DNA from: an uncultured Nitrospiraceae bacterium
GTDB taxonomy: Bacteria; Nitrospirota; Thermodesulfovibrionia; Thermodesulfovibrionales; Dissulfurispiraceae
DNA: 64,000 nt
Direction: 5' to 3'
Assembly: GCA_963727805.1 (NCBI GenBank)
Contig: CAVSHF010000003.1
Location: 1,056,001 to 1,120,000 of the forward strand
Position 1 is the stretch's first letter, and each line of letters starts with the position of its first letter. The translations under genes were made by a program, and so were the position numbers. Shown here piece after piece: positions 10,255 through 20,136 of the stretch. Below the pieces are notes generated by a model. It ran no database searches, had not been told where the DNA came from, and saw only the letters and a list, made by a program, of their open reading frames with translations.

Positions 10255-10944
10255 TTATTGGGGGTTAACAATCGACCTCAGCGCTCCAAGGTTCCTAATA
10301 ACAATCTTGCCGCTCACATCCTTAATGAGTCCCGATTTTCTAAATCTGCTCAGGACCCTGATCGATGTCTCGACGGTAGTCCCTACCATCTCCGCAATAT
10401 CCTGCTTAGTAAGTCGCATTGCAATCGCAATCTCTCCCGCAGTGGACTTTTCGCCAGTCTTTTCTGCGAGTTTCAAAAGGAGGGCTGCAATCCGCGATTC
10501 TACCCGTTCGAGGGCGACATTTTTTAGCGTATCGTGAAGTTCTCGGACACGTTCGCCTAAATTGGCGGTAATATCATACATGATGTTCGGAAACCTTTCG
10601 ATGATACGCATCAGGTTATGGCGGGATATCCGGTTTGTTTCACAATCCCGCATCGCAATGGCGTTTGCCGGATATGGAAAGCCCTTTAAAACTGCAAAAC
10701 CTCCAAAAAATTCACCTGGAGATAGTAGCTCAATGATGATTTCCTTGCCATCATGGGATAACTTTGTGATCTTCACCTCCCCGTCAAAAAGAACGTAGAA
10801 CCAGTTCGAGGGGTCTCCTTCGGAAAAAATCGTCTCTTTCTTGCGAAAAGATTTTCGCTCGATGTAGGAACCAATCTCACCAATTTCTTCTTCGCTGAGT
10901 CCGGAGAATAAGGGTATCTGCCTAAGATATTTATTGTCAGTCAT
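10255..10944 (-). CDS. Crp/Fnr family transcriptional regulator
   Basis: cNMP-like domain; HTH LTKQDIAEMVGTTVETSIR; start placed at MTDNK. Confidence 0.9.
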   Translation of the reverse strand: MTDNKYLRQIPLFSGLSEEEIGEIGSYIERKSFRKKETIFSEGDPSNWFYVLFDGEVKITKLSHDGKEIIIELLSPGEFFGGFAVLKGFPYPANAIAMRDCETNRISRHNLMRIIERFPNIMYDITANLGERVRELHDTLKNVALERVESRIAALLLKLAEKTGEKSTAGEIAIAMRLTKQDIAEMVGTTVETSIRVLSRFRKSGLIKDVSGKIVIRNLGALRSIVNPQ

Positions 10945-11357
10945 TTTAGTAATGCATAATCCTGAATGGATAGTTTCTGAGCAGTTATCCCGATGCCTCA
11001 ATTAATATAAATCAATGAGTTATAATAGTCAATATCATTGAAATCATTTGTCAAGCCAATTTAGAAATGTCTTCTTTTTCACAAAAATAGAAACCTCGAC
11101 AGTAAAACGCCAATTGTTTTCGCCGCTGTCATTGCAAATCTTTTCTCTTATACGATTCTTGCTTTCATGGATGATTAGCGCTAGATCGATAATAATCGTC
11201 TTTACTTCCAGACACTCAAGGCGGTTATCTCAGACGTGAGGCCTTATTCCTGAAGTCATCTTCAGAATGACATTTTAAGGAATTATCCAGCTTTAAAATG
11301 AGAAAACTATCAGGGAATAATTATTCAAATTAGGGTAAGGTAAGATTAGTATGACAA

Positions 11358-11909
11358 CTACTGACCACCATCTCTGCCACTGCCGCTGCTCATCAATTTC
11401 TTTTCCACATCATCATAAAGTTTTATATGTACTTCAACATTACTCTTGTCCTGTAGAAAATAATTGATATACATTACATCCTGTCTTCCGAATGTGATCT
11501 GTCTGTAAAAAGGTCTCACTTCGTATCCGATAATTTCGGAATTGTAGGTAAGTATCTTGCTTATCCAGGACTCCATAAAATCAGGATGCCAGCTGACGAA
11601 TCTCTCCGCCGTTTCTAAGGCCTCCTTGGCCGGCAGGTCTTTTATGACCCGATAGTCGAATGCAGGCGCAAAAATATCAAAAGTATATCCGCTGTCCTTC
11701 CGAACGAGGAATGCCACAGTAGCAATATCATCATAATGGTTTGCACCGTACAATATCACCGTAAAGTTGCCTGTTATCCCAGTCTTATCCGCGAGCTGCG
11801 TCTTAAGATAGTTCTGATTAAGAGAGCACGCTCCGCATAAGAGAGCGAATAAAACAACGGAGGCGGCAATGAGCATTGTACCAACTCGTCGCATATAAAT
11901 ATGATACAA
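11358..11909 (-). CDS. Putative lipoprotein
   Basis: Hydrophobic signal ending in a lipobox-like CGAC; exact start uncertain. Confidence 0.65.
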   Translation of the reverse strand: MYHIYMRRVGTMLIAASVVLFALLCGACSLNQNYLKTQLADKTGITGNFTVILYGANHYDDIATVAFLVRKDSGYTFDIFAPAFDYRVIKDLPAKEALETAERFVSWHPDFMESWISKILTYNSEIIGYEVRPFYRQITFGRQDVMYINYFLQDKSNVEVHIKLYDDVEKKLMSSGSGRDGGQ

Positions 11910-12242
11910 ATTTATATTCCAACAAGCAAATCCCGCATCATTTCATCCTGAATAAACAAAGAAAAGCTGTCAGCCTTTCATTCATCCATATTTTCTGAAG
12001 AGATATGAGAGTGCTCGTTTGCTTCTGGGTTTGACACTAGTCCGTCCAACTCCTTGCGAAACTGAACAGCTTCATCGGGAGTGAGATATAGCTGAGGTCC
12101 TCGGACTGAATTCTGTTTATGAATATCAAGCATTCTCATGATAGGCTACTAAAATAATTGCACATAGCCAGATAGTAGTGGATCTGGTTGCGCTGTCTGA
12201 CCCGACGCATTGCAATTATTAAATATCGAGTTTCGCCCGGCT

Positions 12243-13583
12243 CTATCCGATCTGCCCGCTTTTGGTGCTGCTCTGCACAGCATGGTACAAGCGTTCCACC
12301 AAGGCCTGATTGTATCCATGTGAGGTCATGTTGGCGATAATGCGTCCTCTGATGGGCAAGCCGAGGAGATAGAGGTCTCCGATCAGGTCCAATATCTTGT
12401 GGCGCACGAATTCGTCAGGATAACGAAGCTCCGTATTGATGACCTTGCCGTCGTAAAGAATGATGTGGGAATGAAGATATCCGCCGCCGACCTTTCCAAG
12501 CTTCTGGGCCATCTCGATATTCTCAAAGGTGTTGAAGGAGCGGGCAGGGGCTATCTCCTTTACAAAAGATTCGCTTTCAGGATTGAATGTAAGAATCTGT
12601 TCGCCTATAGGTAGCGGATAGTCAACCCTCATCGATATTTCGAACCCCTCAAAGGGCTCCGCATAGAGATGCTTTTCGCGCGGCTCCTCGTGTCCCACTC
12701 CTATCTTGCGGCGAATGACCGCAACCTTGGTGAAGGCAGGCTGTTCATCTATCCCTGCCTCTTCTATGAGGTCGCAGAAATCCTTGGCGGACCCATCTAT
12801 GTTCGGTATCTCCGCTTCAACCTTTATGAGCACGTTGGTTATGCCGTACATGGAAAGAACTGCCATCAGATGTTCAACGGTGCGCACCCGCTGCCTACCG
12901 TTGTTCAGGGTGGTAGAATTGGCAAAGAAGGTCTTCGATGCGGCAGTCTGGGTAAAATCCTCAAGGGAAGTGATATGTCCACGGATGTTATGGCCGTCAA
13001 GAGTTTGAAAGATGATCCCTTCGTTGATCCCGAGAGGACTCAGAATGACACCGGTGTTCCGGCCGCTCAGGAGCCCTATCCCGTTCAGGAGCACATTTCC
13101 TCTGAGTGTGCGCTGAGGCATAGGGGAATCCACTACTTCCACCATCCCCGCCTGCACCGAGAGGTCGGCACTGACGATCTCAAGCTCGGTATCCGAGGGC
13201 AAGGTCGCGCCGCTTCTGGAAGACCGGTGCTTAAGGGCGGACGCCACCTTATCGAGTAAAACTTCCAGATGTAGGGGTTTTTCCAGAAAATCGTAGGCTC
13301 CGGCCTTTATGGCGGCAACTGCCGCCTCGATACCGGCATGTCCGCTCATCATGATGACGGGGAGCTCGGGGCAGCGTTCATGCAGTCGTTTCAGGATTTG
13401 CATGCCGTCCATACTCGGGAGCCAGATATCCAACAGGACGAGAGAGGGCTCCATGGTGTCGAGCCTCTGCCACAAGCTGTCAGCATCCGTAAATACGACG
13501 GTCTGATACCCCTCGTCCTTCAGGATGTCCGCTATGGTGGAACAGATGGAAGATTCGTCGTCTACTATATAAATAGGGTTCAT
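12243..13583 (-). CDS. lpxC: Receiver domain fused to UDP-3-O-acyl-GlcNAc deacetylase
   Basis: N-terminal REC (VDDE, LLDIW, MSG, EKP); C-terminal LpxC (QRTL, TVEHL, DGSA, APARSF, HKILDLIGD, SH). Confidence 0.9.
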   Translation of the reverse strand: MNPIYIVDDESSICSTIADILKDEGYQTVVFTDADSLWQRLDTMEPSLVLLDIWLPSMDGMQILKRLHERCPELPVIMMSGHAGIEAAVAAIKAGAYDFLEKPLHLEVLLDKVASALKHRSSRSGATLPSDTELEIVSADLSVQAGMVEVVDSPMPQRTLRGNVLLNGIGLLSGRNTGVILSPLGINEGIIFQTLDGHNIRGHITSLEDFTQTAASKTFFANSTTLNNGRQRVRTVEHLMAVLSMYGITNVLIKVEAEIPNIDGSAKDFCDLIEEAGIDEQPAFTKVAVIRRKIGVGHEEPREKHLYAEPFEGFEISMRVDYPLPIGEQILTFNPESESFVKEIAPARSFNTFENIEMAQKLGKVGGGYLHSHIILYDGKVINTELRYPDEFVRHKILDLIGDLYLLGLPIRGRIIANMTSHGYNQALVERLYHAVQSSTKSGQIG

Positions 13584-13803
13584 ATAAGACACCTGATGTT
13601 CCTCTCGGTCTGAATTGAGGATAGAGTAAAACAATAAAGGACGATTGTCAAGGACATGCTGTTTGCGCCTGTACCAGGATAATCAAGATACCACATATCG
13701 TTTCTGAAGACGCCCATAATGATTTTGCCAGATCCGTTAGCAGTATCAGGTCCATTTATTTAATACGATAACCCCAAGTTTTGTAATGACCGGTGCGGTT
13801 AGG

Positions 13804-14997
13804 TCAATACATAGATCCTTTATCAACCTTTCGATTTTCCCCTAGAGGGAAATAGAGTAAAAAAGCGGAGCCTCTTTCAGGGGCGCTGTTGACGGAGATT
13901 AAACCTCCGTGGTCCTCCATAATCTTCTTCGCGAGCGACAGTCCAAGACCAACACTCCTCTTCGATATCTTTGTGGTGAAAAAAGGTTCGAATATCTTAT
14001 CGATGACTTCCGGTGGAATTCCTGCGCTGGTGTCCCTGATTTCAACTACTGCATATTGTTGCGATTCCACCGATCTCATGGAAGTGGATACGAACAGTTC
14101 GCCCCCCTGTGGCATAGCTTCGACGGCATTGGTAATCAGATTGCCGATTGCCTGCTTGGTCTGCTCCTTGTCGAGCATAATATCAGGGCTATCAGAGAAC
14201 GTGGTTTTAATAGTTATGTCGTGTTCCTTACACACTTCCTTATAGCTGTTGAGTACTTCATCAATAACGGCATGAAGATTATGTCTTTCGAGATGAGGCA
14301 CAGCCATTCTTGAATAATCCAGGACATCCTTCAGTGTCTGTTCGAGGCCCAGCACCTCTGCGACGATAGCGCCTGCATATTCTTTTTCCATTGTTCCATC
14401 TTTCAGTACAGAGAGCAAACGCCTTGCAAATCCCCCGACTGAGGTCAGGGGATTTCTTAGCTCATGAGCAACATTCGCCGATATCCGACCGAGGGCCGCC
14501 AGCTTTTCACTTTGCGCGAGTTGTTCCTGGATATCGACGTACTCGGTTATGTCCCTGACGGCTGCAGTAACGAGCAAGCCTTCATAAGTCTGAAGAGGAC
14601 TCAGACTAATATCGGCCCTGAATTCAGATCCATCCTTTCTTAACCCGAAGATTTTGGTACCAGACCCCATTGTGCGGACGCGAGGACTCGAAAAAAAATC
14701 CATGACATTTTTTTTATGACGATGCCTGAAACGTTCCGGGATGAGGATATCTAATGTCTTGCCAGTCAATTCGTCCGAGGCATAGCCGAAAAGCCTTTCG
14801 GTCTGGGCATTGATCATAACAATTGCGTTATCGCTGCTGATGAAAATCATCGCATCTGGCGCAGCTGCAAGAAGCTCTTTGTAGCGCCTCTGAATTCGTT
14901 GGAATTCAACCTCGCAGGTCTCCAGCTCATTGAGCTTGTGACGCATATCATCAAGTTCCTGCACCAGCTGGTCTTTTGATTTACAGATATCGTTCAT
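13804..14997 (-). CDS. Cytoplasmic PAS-domain sensor histidine kinase
   Basis: PAS domain; H-box AHELRNPL; N-box NLITNA; FEPFFTTK; GLGL. Confidence 0.92.
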   Translation of the reverse strand: MNDICKSKDQLVQELDDMRHKLNELETCEVEFQRIQRRYKELLAAAPDAMIFISSDNAIVMINAQTERLFGYASDELTGKTLDILIPERFRHRHKKNVMDFFSSPRVRTMGSGTKIFGLRKDGSEFRADISLSPLQTYEGLLVTAAVRDITEYVDIQEQLAQSEKLAALGRISANVAHELRNPLTSVGGFARRLLSVLKDGTMEKEYAGAIVAEVLGLEQTLKDVLDYSRMAVPHLERHNLHAVIDEVLNSYKEVCKEHDITIKTTFSDSPDIMLDKEQTKQAIGNLITNAVEAMPQGGELFVSTSMRSVESQQYAVVEIRDTSAGIPPEVIDKIFEPFFTTKISKRSVGLGLSLAKKIMEDHGGLISVNSAPERGSAFLLYFPLGENRKVDKGSMY

Positions 14998-15143
14998 CGT
15001 TCATGCGGTCTCCTTAGTGAGATGATTACTGGGTTCCCTGCTGGCAGTATCGGCAGCGGACAGCCGCCATTTGCGATTATGAGACATCTCGTTTACTTCA
15101 GATTCCTAATAAGATGCTAGGAATTTGCTTTTCAGGAGCGTAT

Positions 15144-15488
15144 TCATTTGCATTGCTTGACACATTGACTTGCATCTCCTTCAGCACTGCAAGACTGTCC
15201 GACTGCATAACAATAGTTTTTCTCGTCCTTGGAGCAGCCACAAATAACCGTGTCGGCAGCAACGGTCTTATCTTCGCTGCTTTCATGAGTCCGTGTCGAA
15301 CATGTCGTGTTTTGTATATCCCACGATCCATCATTACACTTATACCCATAACCGGACTGGCAGGTGAATGATCCCGAAGAGTAGAGAACTCCGTTATATT
15401 TGCAATTCTCCATGGCCCATCCTGTGCCGGTAATCAGACTCACAACAGCAATCAATATTACTCCCCTGATAAGTTTGTTGCAGTTCAT
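15144..15488 (-). CDS. Small secreted cysteine-rich protein
   Basis: RBS GGAGG, signal peptide ending GWA, 10 Cys in the mature part. Confidence 0.7.
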   Translation of the reverse strand: MNCNKLIRGVILIAVVSLITGTGWAMENCKYNGVLYSSGSFTCQSGYGYKCNDGSWDIQNTTCSTRTHESSEDKTVAADTVICGCSKDEKNYCYAVGQSCSAEGDASQCVKQCK

Positions 15489-15715
15489 AATTCATTCCTC
15501 CCTGTTCGCTCTCTTACCGCAGATATTTCTCAAGCCGTCCATGAGCACCTTGAAACCCTGCCTTGTTACAAATGTGACAACCCGCGGCCATATTAAAATG
15601 ATAACGAAGGATTTGCGCAAAAGATAGCATCTTCCCAACTGCGATGGCCGGATGAGATATTCTGTATACAGATTAGAATGCGTATTCCAAATTTTTTGGA
15701 CACTGCTTCAGAACA

Positions 15716-15851
15716 TGAACCCTCTCAGCCGGGCTAAGCCCGGAGGTTCAGGCCTCTGGCATAGCCTGCTATGCCCTTTGCCGTTGTTGGTCCTTGATAT
15801 ATCTCCAAATGACTTCTTCGTCTACCTTGCCTACTGTTTCAGCAAAATAGC
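15716..15851 (-). mobile_element. tnpA: IS200/IS605 remnant: tnpA 3' fragment plus end hairpin
   Basis: Minus strand reads YFAETVGKVDEEVIWRYIKDQQRQRA* (Y1 transposase C-terminus), followed by hairpin CCGGGCTTAGCCCGG. Confidence 0.75.
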
Positions 15852-16387
15852 GGCCATGCATACTACGGGGCGAAAGCTGTGGGACTGGAAACTACGTCTT
15901 TCAACAACAATCCTTCCTAAAGTTAACGCCTGCTAAAGACGGTCACTCCGCACTGCTGGAGCGTTGACATGAGTGCTGCTTTTCAAGGGAAAAATTCGAG
16001 ATCGCGATCAGGTCTAAAGGTAGGTTTTACAAAAACTGTAGCCTCAGCGCTCGATGTCGACCCAATCCATCACAGTGTAGTTTCTGGCTGAGATTTAGTG
16101 GGCACACAAGACAAAGGAAAGCGGTTATACTTAAAATAGGCATGTTGTATAAGGAGAGAGATAGCTATTATGTGCTGAAAAAGGGATAGTTTAGTTTACT
16201 TGCTTTTTTCATCGTTTGCGAAGAATATATCCACATGTAGCCCCAAGAAACTCTAAAGCTATATCCAGTGATAGATACTGCAAAGTAAAAGTAATAGATA
16301 TTATACCTCACACTCCGAGCACAGCAATGAACCAATGAAAAAAGCACAAGTTTTCGGTATCAGTCTTGATTTATGGAGGGAGCTGAC

Positions 16388-17032
16388 ATGAGTATATCAA
16401 ATGGTTGAGAGGGATTTCTCAGCAAAAGGCGTATCGAAACGCTCACTGATGGTATCTTTGCGATCTCGATGACTTTGCTGGTGCTGGATATGAGGGTACC
16501 GCACATACTAGCGCAGGCAGCACTGGAACTCAGAGTGTATGACCTTTGGCCCAAGTTCCTCATATATGTGCTAAGCTTCGTGATATGCGCTGTTTTCTGG
16601 GTCAGTCATAGTATCCAGTTTCATTACATCAGATGTGCTGACCGCATTTTCTTTTGGATTAATATTCTGTTCATGATGTGTGTCGCCTTCATTCCTTTTT
16701 CAACCCATCTCCTTAGCGAGCACATAGAACAGCGGTTTGCAGTAATATTTTATGGCTGTCATCTTATGGCAATCTGGATTTGTCTGTATATCCACTGGTA
16801 CTATGCGACCAGCGGTCTCAGACTGGTTGATAAAAATATTGATGCGCGTATTATAGGGGCAGTATCCATGCGAATACTCGTTGCTCCTATTATCTATCTG
16901 CTTGCCATTGGTTTTTCTTTCCTAAGCACGGGATTAAGCATAGCACTGTATGCGTTTATCGTCATTCTGCACATTTTGCCTGGTCGTATCAACCGTTATT
17001 TGGTTTCATCAAAAAACATAGAATCTGAGTAA
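16388..17032 (+). pseudogene. TMEM175-family K+ channel with an in-frame TGA at codon 7
   Basis: RBS and ATG at 16388, TGA at 16406-16408, then in-frame RIETLTDGIFAISMTLL signature and FWVSH. Confidence 0.7.
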
Positions 17033-17395
17033 TATTATTAACATACCCTATAAAAAAATATTGTCGATAAGGAAACAGGGAGATCCGGAACGTGGGACCG
17101 AGTTTAGCCTTTCAAACTGCTAATATTATATATATAAGAACTGGATTTAAGTATGCTCAGAGAATGTCAGGATAGGGCAAAAAAGTAATAATATATCTGG
17201 AGTGTTTTTCTTGATAACCATTTCAGCATAATTCTATAATGCATCGAGTCCAACTTATAAAAAACCGCAGGTAAAGCCTCCAGAACGAAAACCCGCTGCT
17301 CCTGCAGGCAGTCCAGATCCTAAAGAAGAAAAGAAACCTGCTAGGCCTGCTGAGAAAGAGAAGCCTGAAGAACCTTAAGGATAATCAAATCATGC

Positions 17396-17423
17396 CATAA
17401 GGGAAATGAGACATTCCCTTATG
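17396..17423. terminator. Hairpin, possible terminator
   Basis: CATAAGGGAA...TTCCCTTATG 10-bp stem. Confidence 0.4.
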
Positions 17424-17580
17424 ACATCTAATAAATGTCAATAAAGAGTCCTGGATTGTAAGAAGATGATATTGACAATGGGATATTTTGCACTTGTATC
17501 TCGGCATACAGATCGTTTCCCGGGGATCAGGAATATCGCGGCAATTTTTTCTGCCGAAATACACTTGTCTGATTGATAAA

Positions 17581-17616
17581 TCACAGGGGGCACTTTCTGA
17601 TGGGATCCCCCTGTGA
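17581..17616 (-). terminator. Putative terminator downstream of cooS
   Basis: TCACAGGGGG...CCCCCTGTGA 10-bp stem just after the cooS stop. Confidence 0.5.
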
Positions 17617-17654
17617 GTCTAAAACTTTTTCCGCAATGAAAGATATCAAATCAG

Positions 17655-19529
17655 TTAGGTGATCAGACCTAACCCCTTTCTCTTTTCTGTAATATGATTT
17701 ATTATGAGTTCGGCCGCTCTTGCGGGGTCTGGCTCCACTGCAAAACAAGCGCCGAATACATCGTTCAACCCGGAGGTAGCAAGTTCGGTGATTTTTTTGC
17801 TTCCTGCAATAGGGGGCATAACACCGAGTACGGTAAATATCCCACTGGCCATGGCATAAAAGGCGATTGTCGCTGCCTTTTCGGAATACCATTCGGGGGC
17901 TGCCCCTGCTAGAGGTAATTTGTCTATGTCAACACCTATGGCATTGGCCAGTGCGCATGCAATGACGATTATTCTGGAATTGTCGACGCACGAGCCGACA
18001 TGTAGTGACGGCGGAATATTGAGAAGCCCACATATCTCTTTGAGTCCCGGCCCTGCCAACTCTTTCGCTTCCGGCACCTGAAGCCCGGCCTTGCCAGCTG
18101 CGACATTTACGCATCCTGTCGTGAGTACCAAGATGTCATTTGCTATAAGAAGTTTGATCAGTTCGACATGACCATAATCCTGTTTTATCTTCGGGTTGTT
18201 GCAACCCACAACGCCAACCGCACCCTTTATCTTGCCGGCCTTAATGGCATCAATCAATGGCGTCAAGCTACCGCCAAGCGCACCCACGATGGATTCCACT
18301 GAAAATCCAGTCATATTCTTTACCGGCGATGTAGGAATATATACTTTGTCCTTATTCCGCCGTGCAAAATTCTCTACTGACTCCTTTACTATCCTGAATG
18401 CCTGTTCTTTGGCATTCTCCGGAGTGAATTCAACATGCTCCATAAATGGGAACTTGGCCTTATCGGATGTCGAATAGAGCTTGGTATGATAGCACTGGGC
18501 AACCTGTCCCAAAGATGGCATGATGCATTGGTAGTCGACGATAATGGATTCTACAGCTCCGGTAACCATGGTTAATTCTGTCATCAGGTGGTTTCCAGCC
18601 ATGGGTATCTTTTTCCGCATCATCAACTCATTACCGGTGCAGCAGAGGCCCGCGAGATTGATGCCTTTTGCGCCCTTCAATTTGGCAAGCTTAAGCATCT
18701 CTTTGTCTTCAACAGCCAATCCAACCATTTCGGACACCACAGGGCTATGCCCGTGAACTAAAATGTTGACCTGGTCCTCTTTGAGGACACCCAGGTTGAC
18801 TTCAGAAAAGCCCGGTTGGGGTGTGCCGAAGATGATATCGGACAGGTCCGTACCTATCATAGATCCACCGTAACCGTCCGCAAGACTGTTTCTGACAGCA
18901 TGCAACAGGATTGAGACATAATCGTTATCAACGCCCATATGAGTACGGTGCATTGTCTCTGATGTCTCTCTGTCTATGCCTCGTGGAATTACTTTCAGCT
19001 TTTTCCACAATTCAAGCCGCTGTTGCGGTGCCCTATTAATCAGAGTGATCCTTTCCTTTTTCATCCCATAATCTTCCATCATGGCTTCCGCAAGACGTTT
19101 AGCAATAACCTCGTTGCCAAGGCCGTTGATATCAATGCTGTATTCAGCAGCCAACTGCTTGAGCTTACCGGCATCCCTGATCGAGTATCCGGGCGCCTTC
19201 CCCTGGCCTATCTTATACAGAACTTCAACCAGATCGCGTCCATGATCCGAGTGTGATGCGGCCCCAGCAGCGATCATTCGCGCCAGATTCCTAGCAACCA
19301 TAATCTCTGCATCTGCCCCGCAAACCCCGTATCTTGGGCCTTCCCCGAATGGATCAATGCGGCATGGTCCCATAACGCATATTCGGCATGACACGCCCAG
19401 TTCGCAATATCCACACTGAGGCTCCTGTTTCTTGAATCTGTCCCAGACGGTTTCCACTCCGTCTTCACGCGCTTTTCTGATTGTCAGCTGGGCGTCTTTG
19501 CATATCGAAAGATTCGCGTATTCACTCAT
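17655..19529 (-). CDS. cooS: Anaerobic Ni-containing carbon monoxide dehydrogenase, catalytic subunit
   Basis: B-cluster CRICVMGPC...C; C-cluster ligands HGH, CCTGNE, DYQC, GCNN, TGC, GSCVD; HSDH and SEKA catalytic residues. Confidence 0.96.
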   Translation of the reverse strand: MSEYANLSICKDAQLTIRKAREDGVETVWDRFKKQEPQCGYCELGVSCRICVMGPCRIDPFGEGPRYGVCGADAEIMVARNLARMIAAGAASHSDHGRDLVEVLYKIGQGKAPGYSIRDAGKLKQLAAEYSIDINGLGNEVIAKRLAEAMMEDYGMKKERITLINRAPQQRLELWKKLKVIPRGIDRETSETMHRTHMGVDNDYVSILLHAVRNSLADGYGGSMIGTDLSDIIFGTPQPGFSEVNLGVLKEDQVNILVHGHSPVVSEMVGLAVEDKEMLKLAKLKGAKGINLAGLCCTGNELMMRKKIPMAGNHLMTELTMVTGAVESIIVDYQCIMPSLGQVAQCYHTKLYSTSDKAKFPFMEHVEFTPENAKEQAFRIVKESVENFARRNKDKVYIPTSPVKNMTGFSVESIVGALGGSLTPLIDAIKAGKIKGAVGVVGCNNPKIKQDYGHVELIKLLIANDILVLTTGCVNVAAGKAGLQVPEAKELAGPGLKEICGLLNIPPSLHVGSCVDNSRIIVIACALANAIGVDIDKLPLAGAAPEWYSEKAATIAFYAMASGIFTVLGVMPPIAGSKKITELATSGLNDVFGACFAVEPDPARAAELIINHITEKRKGLGLIT

Positions 19530-20125
19530 GACTGCATCCTCCTTAATTCTTCCAATCTGTGTTTGTATCCCTTTAAAGACTGGTATGCGCCTTTCTCTTG
19601 CTCACCTGTTCTTATGCCCCGGTAGACCAGTGTCGACAGTTCGTCTGTATCCCTGTCCATTACCTTGTTGTAGTCTTCGAATAGGAGGGCGCCGACCTTG
19701 CAGACATCTACGCAGGCTGGGACTCTGCCTTCTTTCTGACGTGTGATGCACTGATCGCATTTATGGGCTGCCGTTTTATTGTTGGGATAGAGATGATACC
19801 TTACGACGCCGAAGGGACAGGCCATGGCGCACATGCCACAGTTGATGCAACGATCGGGGTTGATTAAAACTGTACCGGTCGAAGGCTCTCTAAATATGGC
19901 CTTTGTGAGACATGCCATCTCACAGGGCGCGGGGTCGCAATGCCTGCACTTATTCGGAAAAGGATCTTTGTTTCTAGATAACCCAATATGAATGCGGGGC
20001 CTGGACAGGACCGATTCATAAGGTGCTGAATAAGGCGAACCGCTTTTCGAGTGAGCAACGGCGCATGCGAAACGGCATTGAAGGCATCCCACGCAGCGCT
20101 CGGGTTTTACGACAACCACTTTCAT
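19526..20125 (-). CDS. cooF: CooF-like 4x[4Fe-4S] ferredoxin
   Basis: Four Cys clusters (CVGCLQC, CRHCDPAPC, CINCGMC, KCDQC); RBS AAGGAGG; overlaps the cooS start. Confidence 0.88.
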   Translation of the reverse strand: MKVVVVKPERCVGCLQCRFACAVAHSKSGSPYSAPYESVLSRPRIHIGLSRNKDPFPNKCRHCDPAPCEMACLTKAIFREPSTGTVLINPDRCINCGMCAMACPFGVVRYHLYPNNKTAAHKCDQCITRQKEGRVPACVDVCKVGALLFEDYNKVMDRDTDELSTLVYRGIRTGEQEKGAYQSLKGYKHRLEELRRMQS

Positions 20126-20136
20126 AAAAGCCTCCT

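Noticed and set aside
13676..13735. GGATAATCA...TGATTTTGCC as another copy of the dispersed repeat
   Set aside because: Arm spacing is 34 rather than 27, and there is no flanking homology.
17240..17378. Pro/Lys/Glu-rich reading frame (KPPERKPAAPAG...KPEEP*)
   Set aside because: An in-frame stop lies upstream and there is no start codon; at most a gene remnant.
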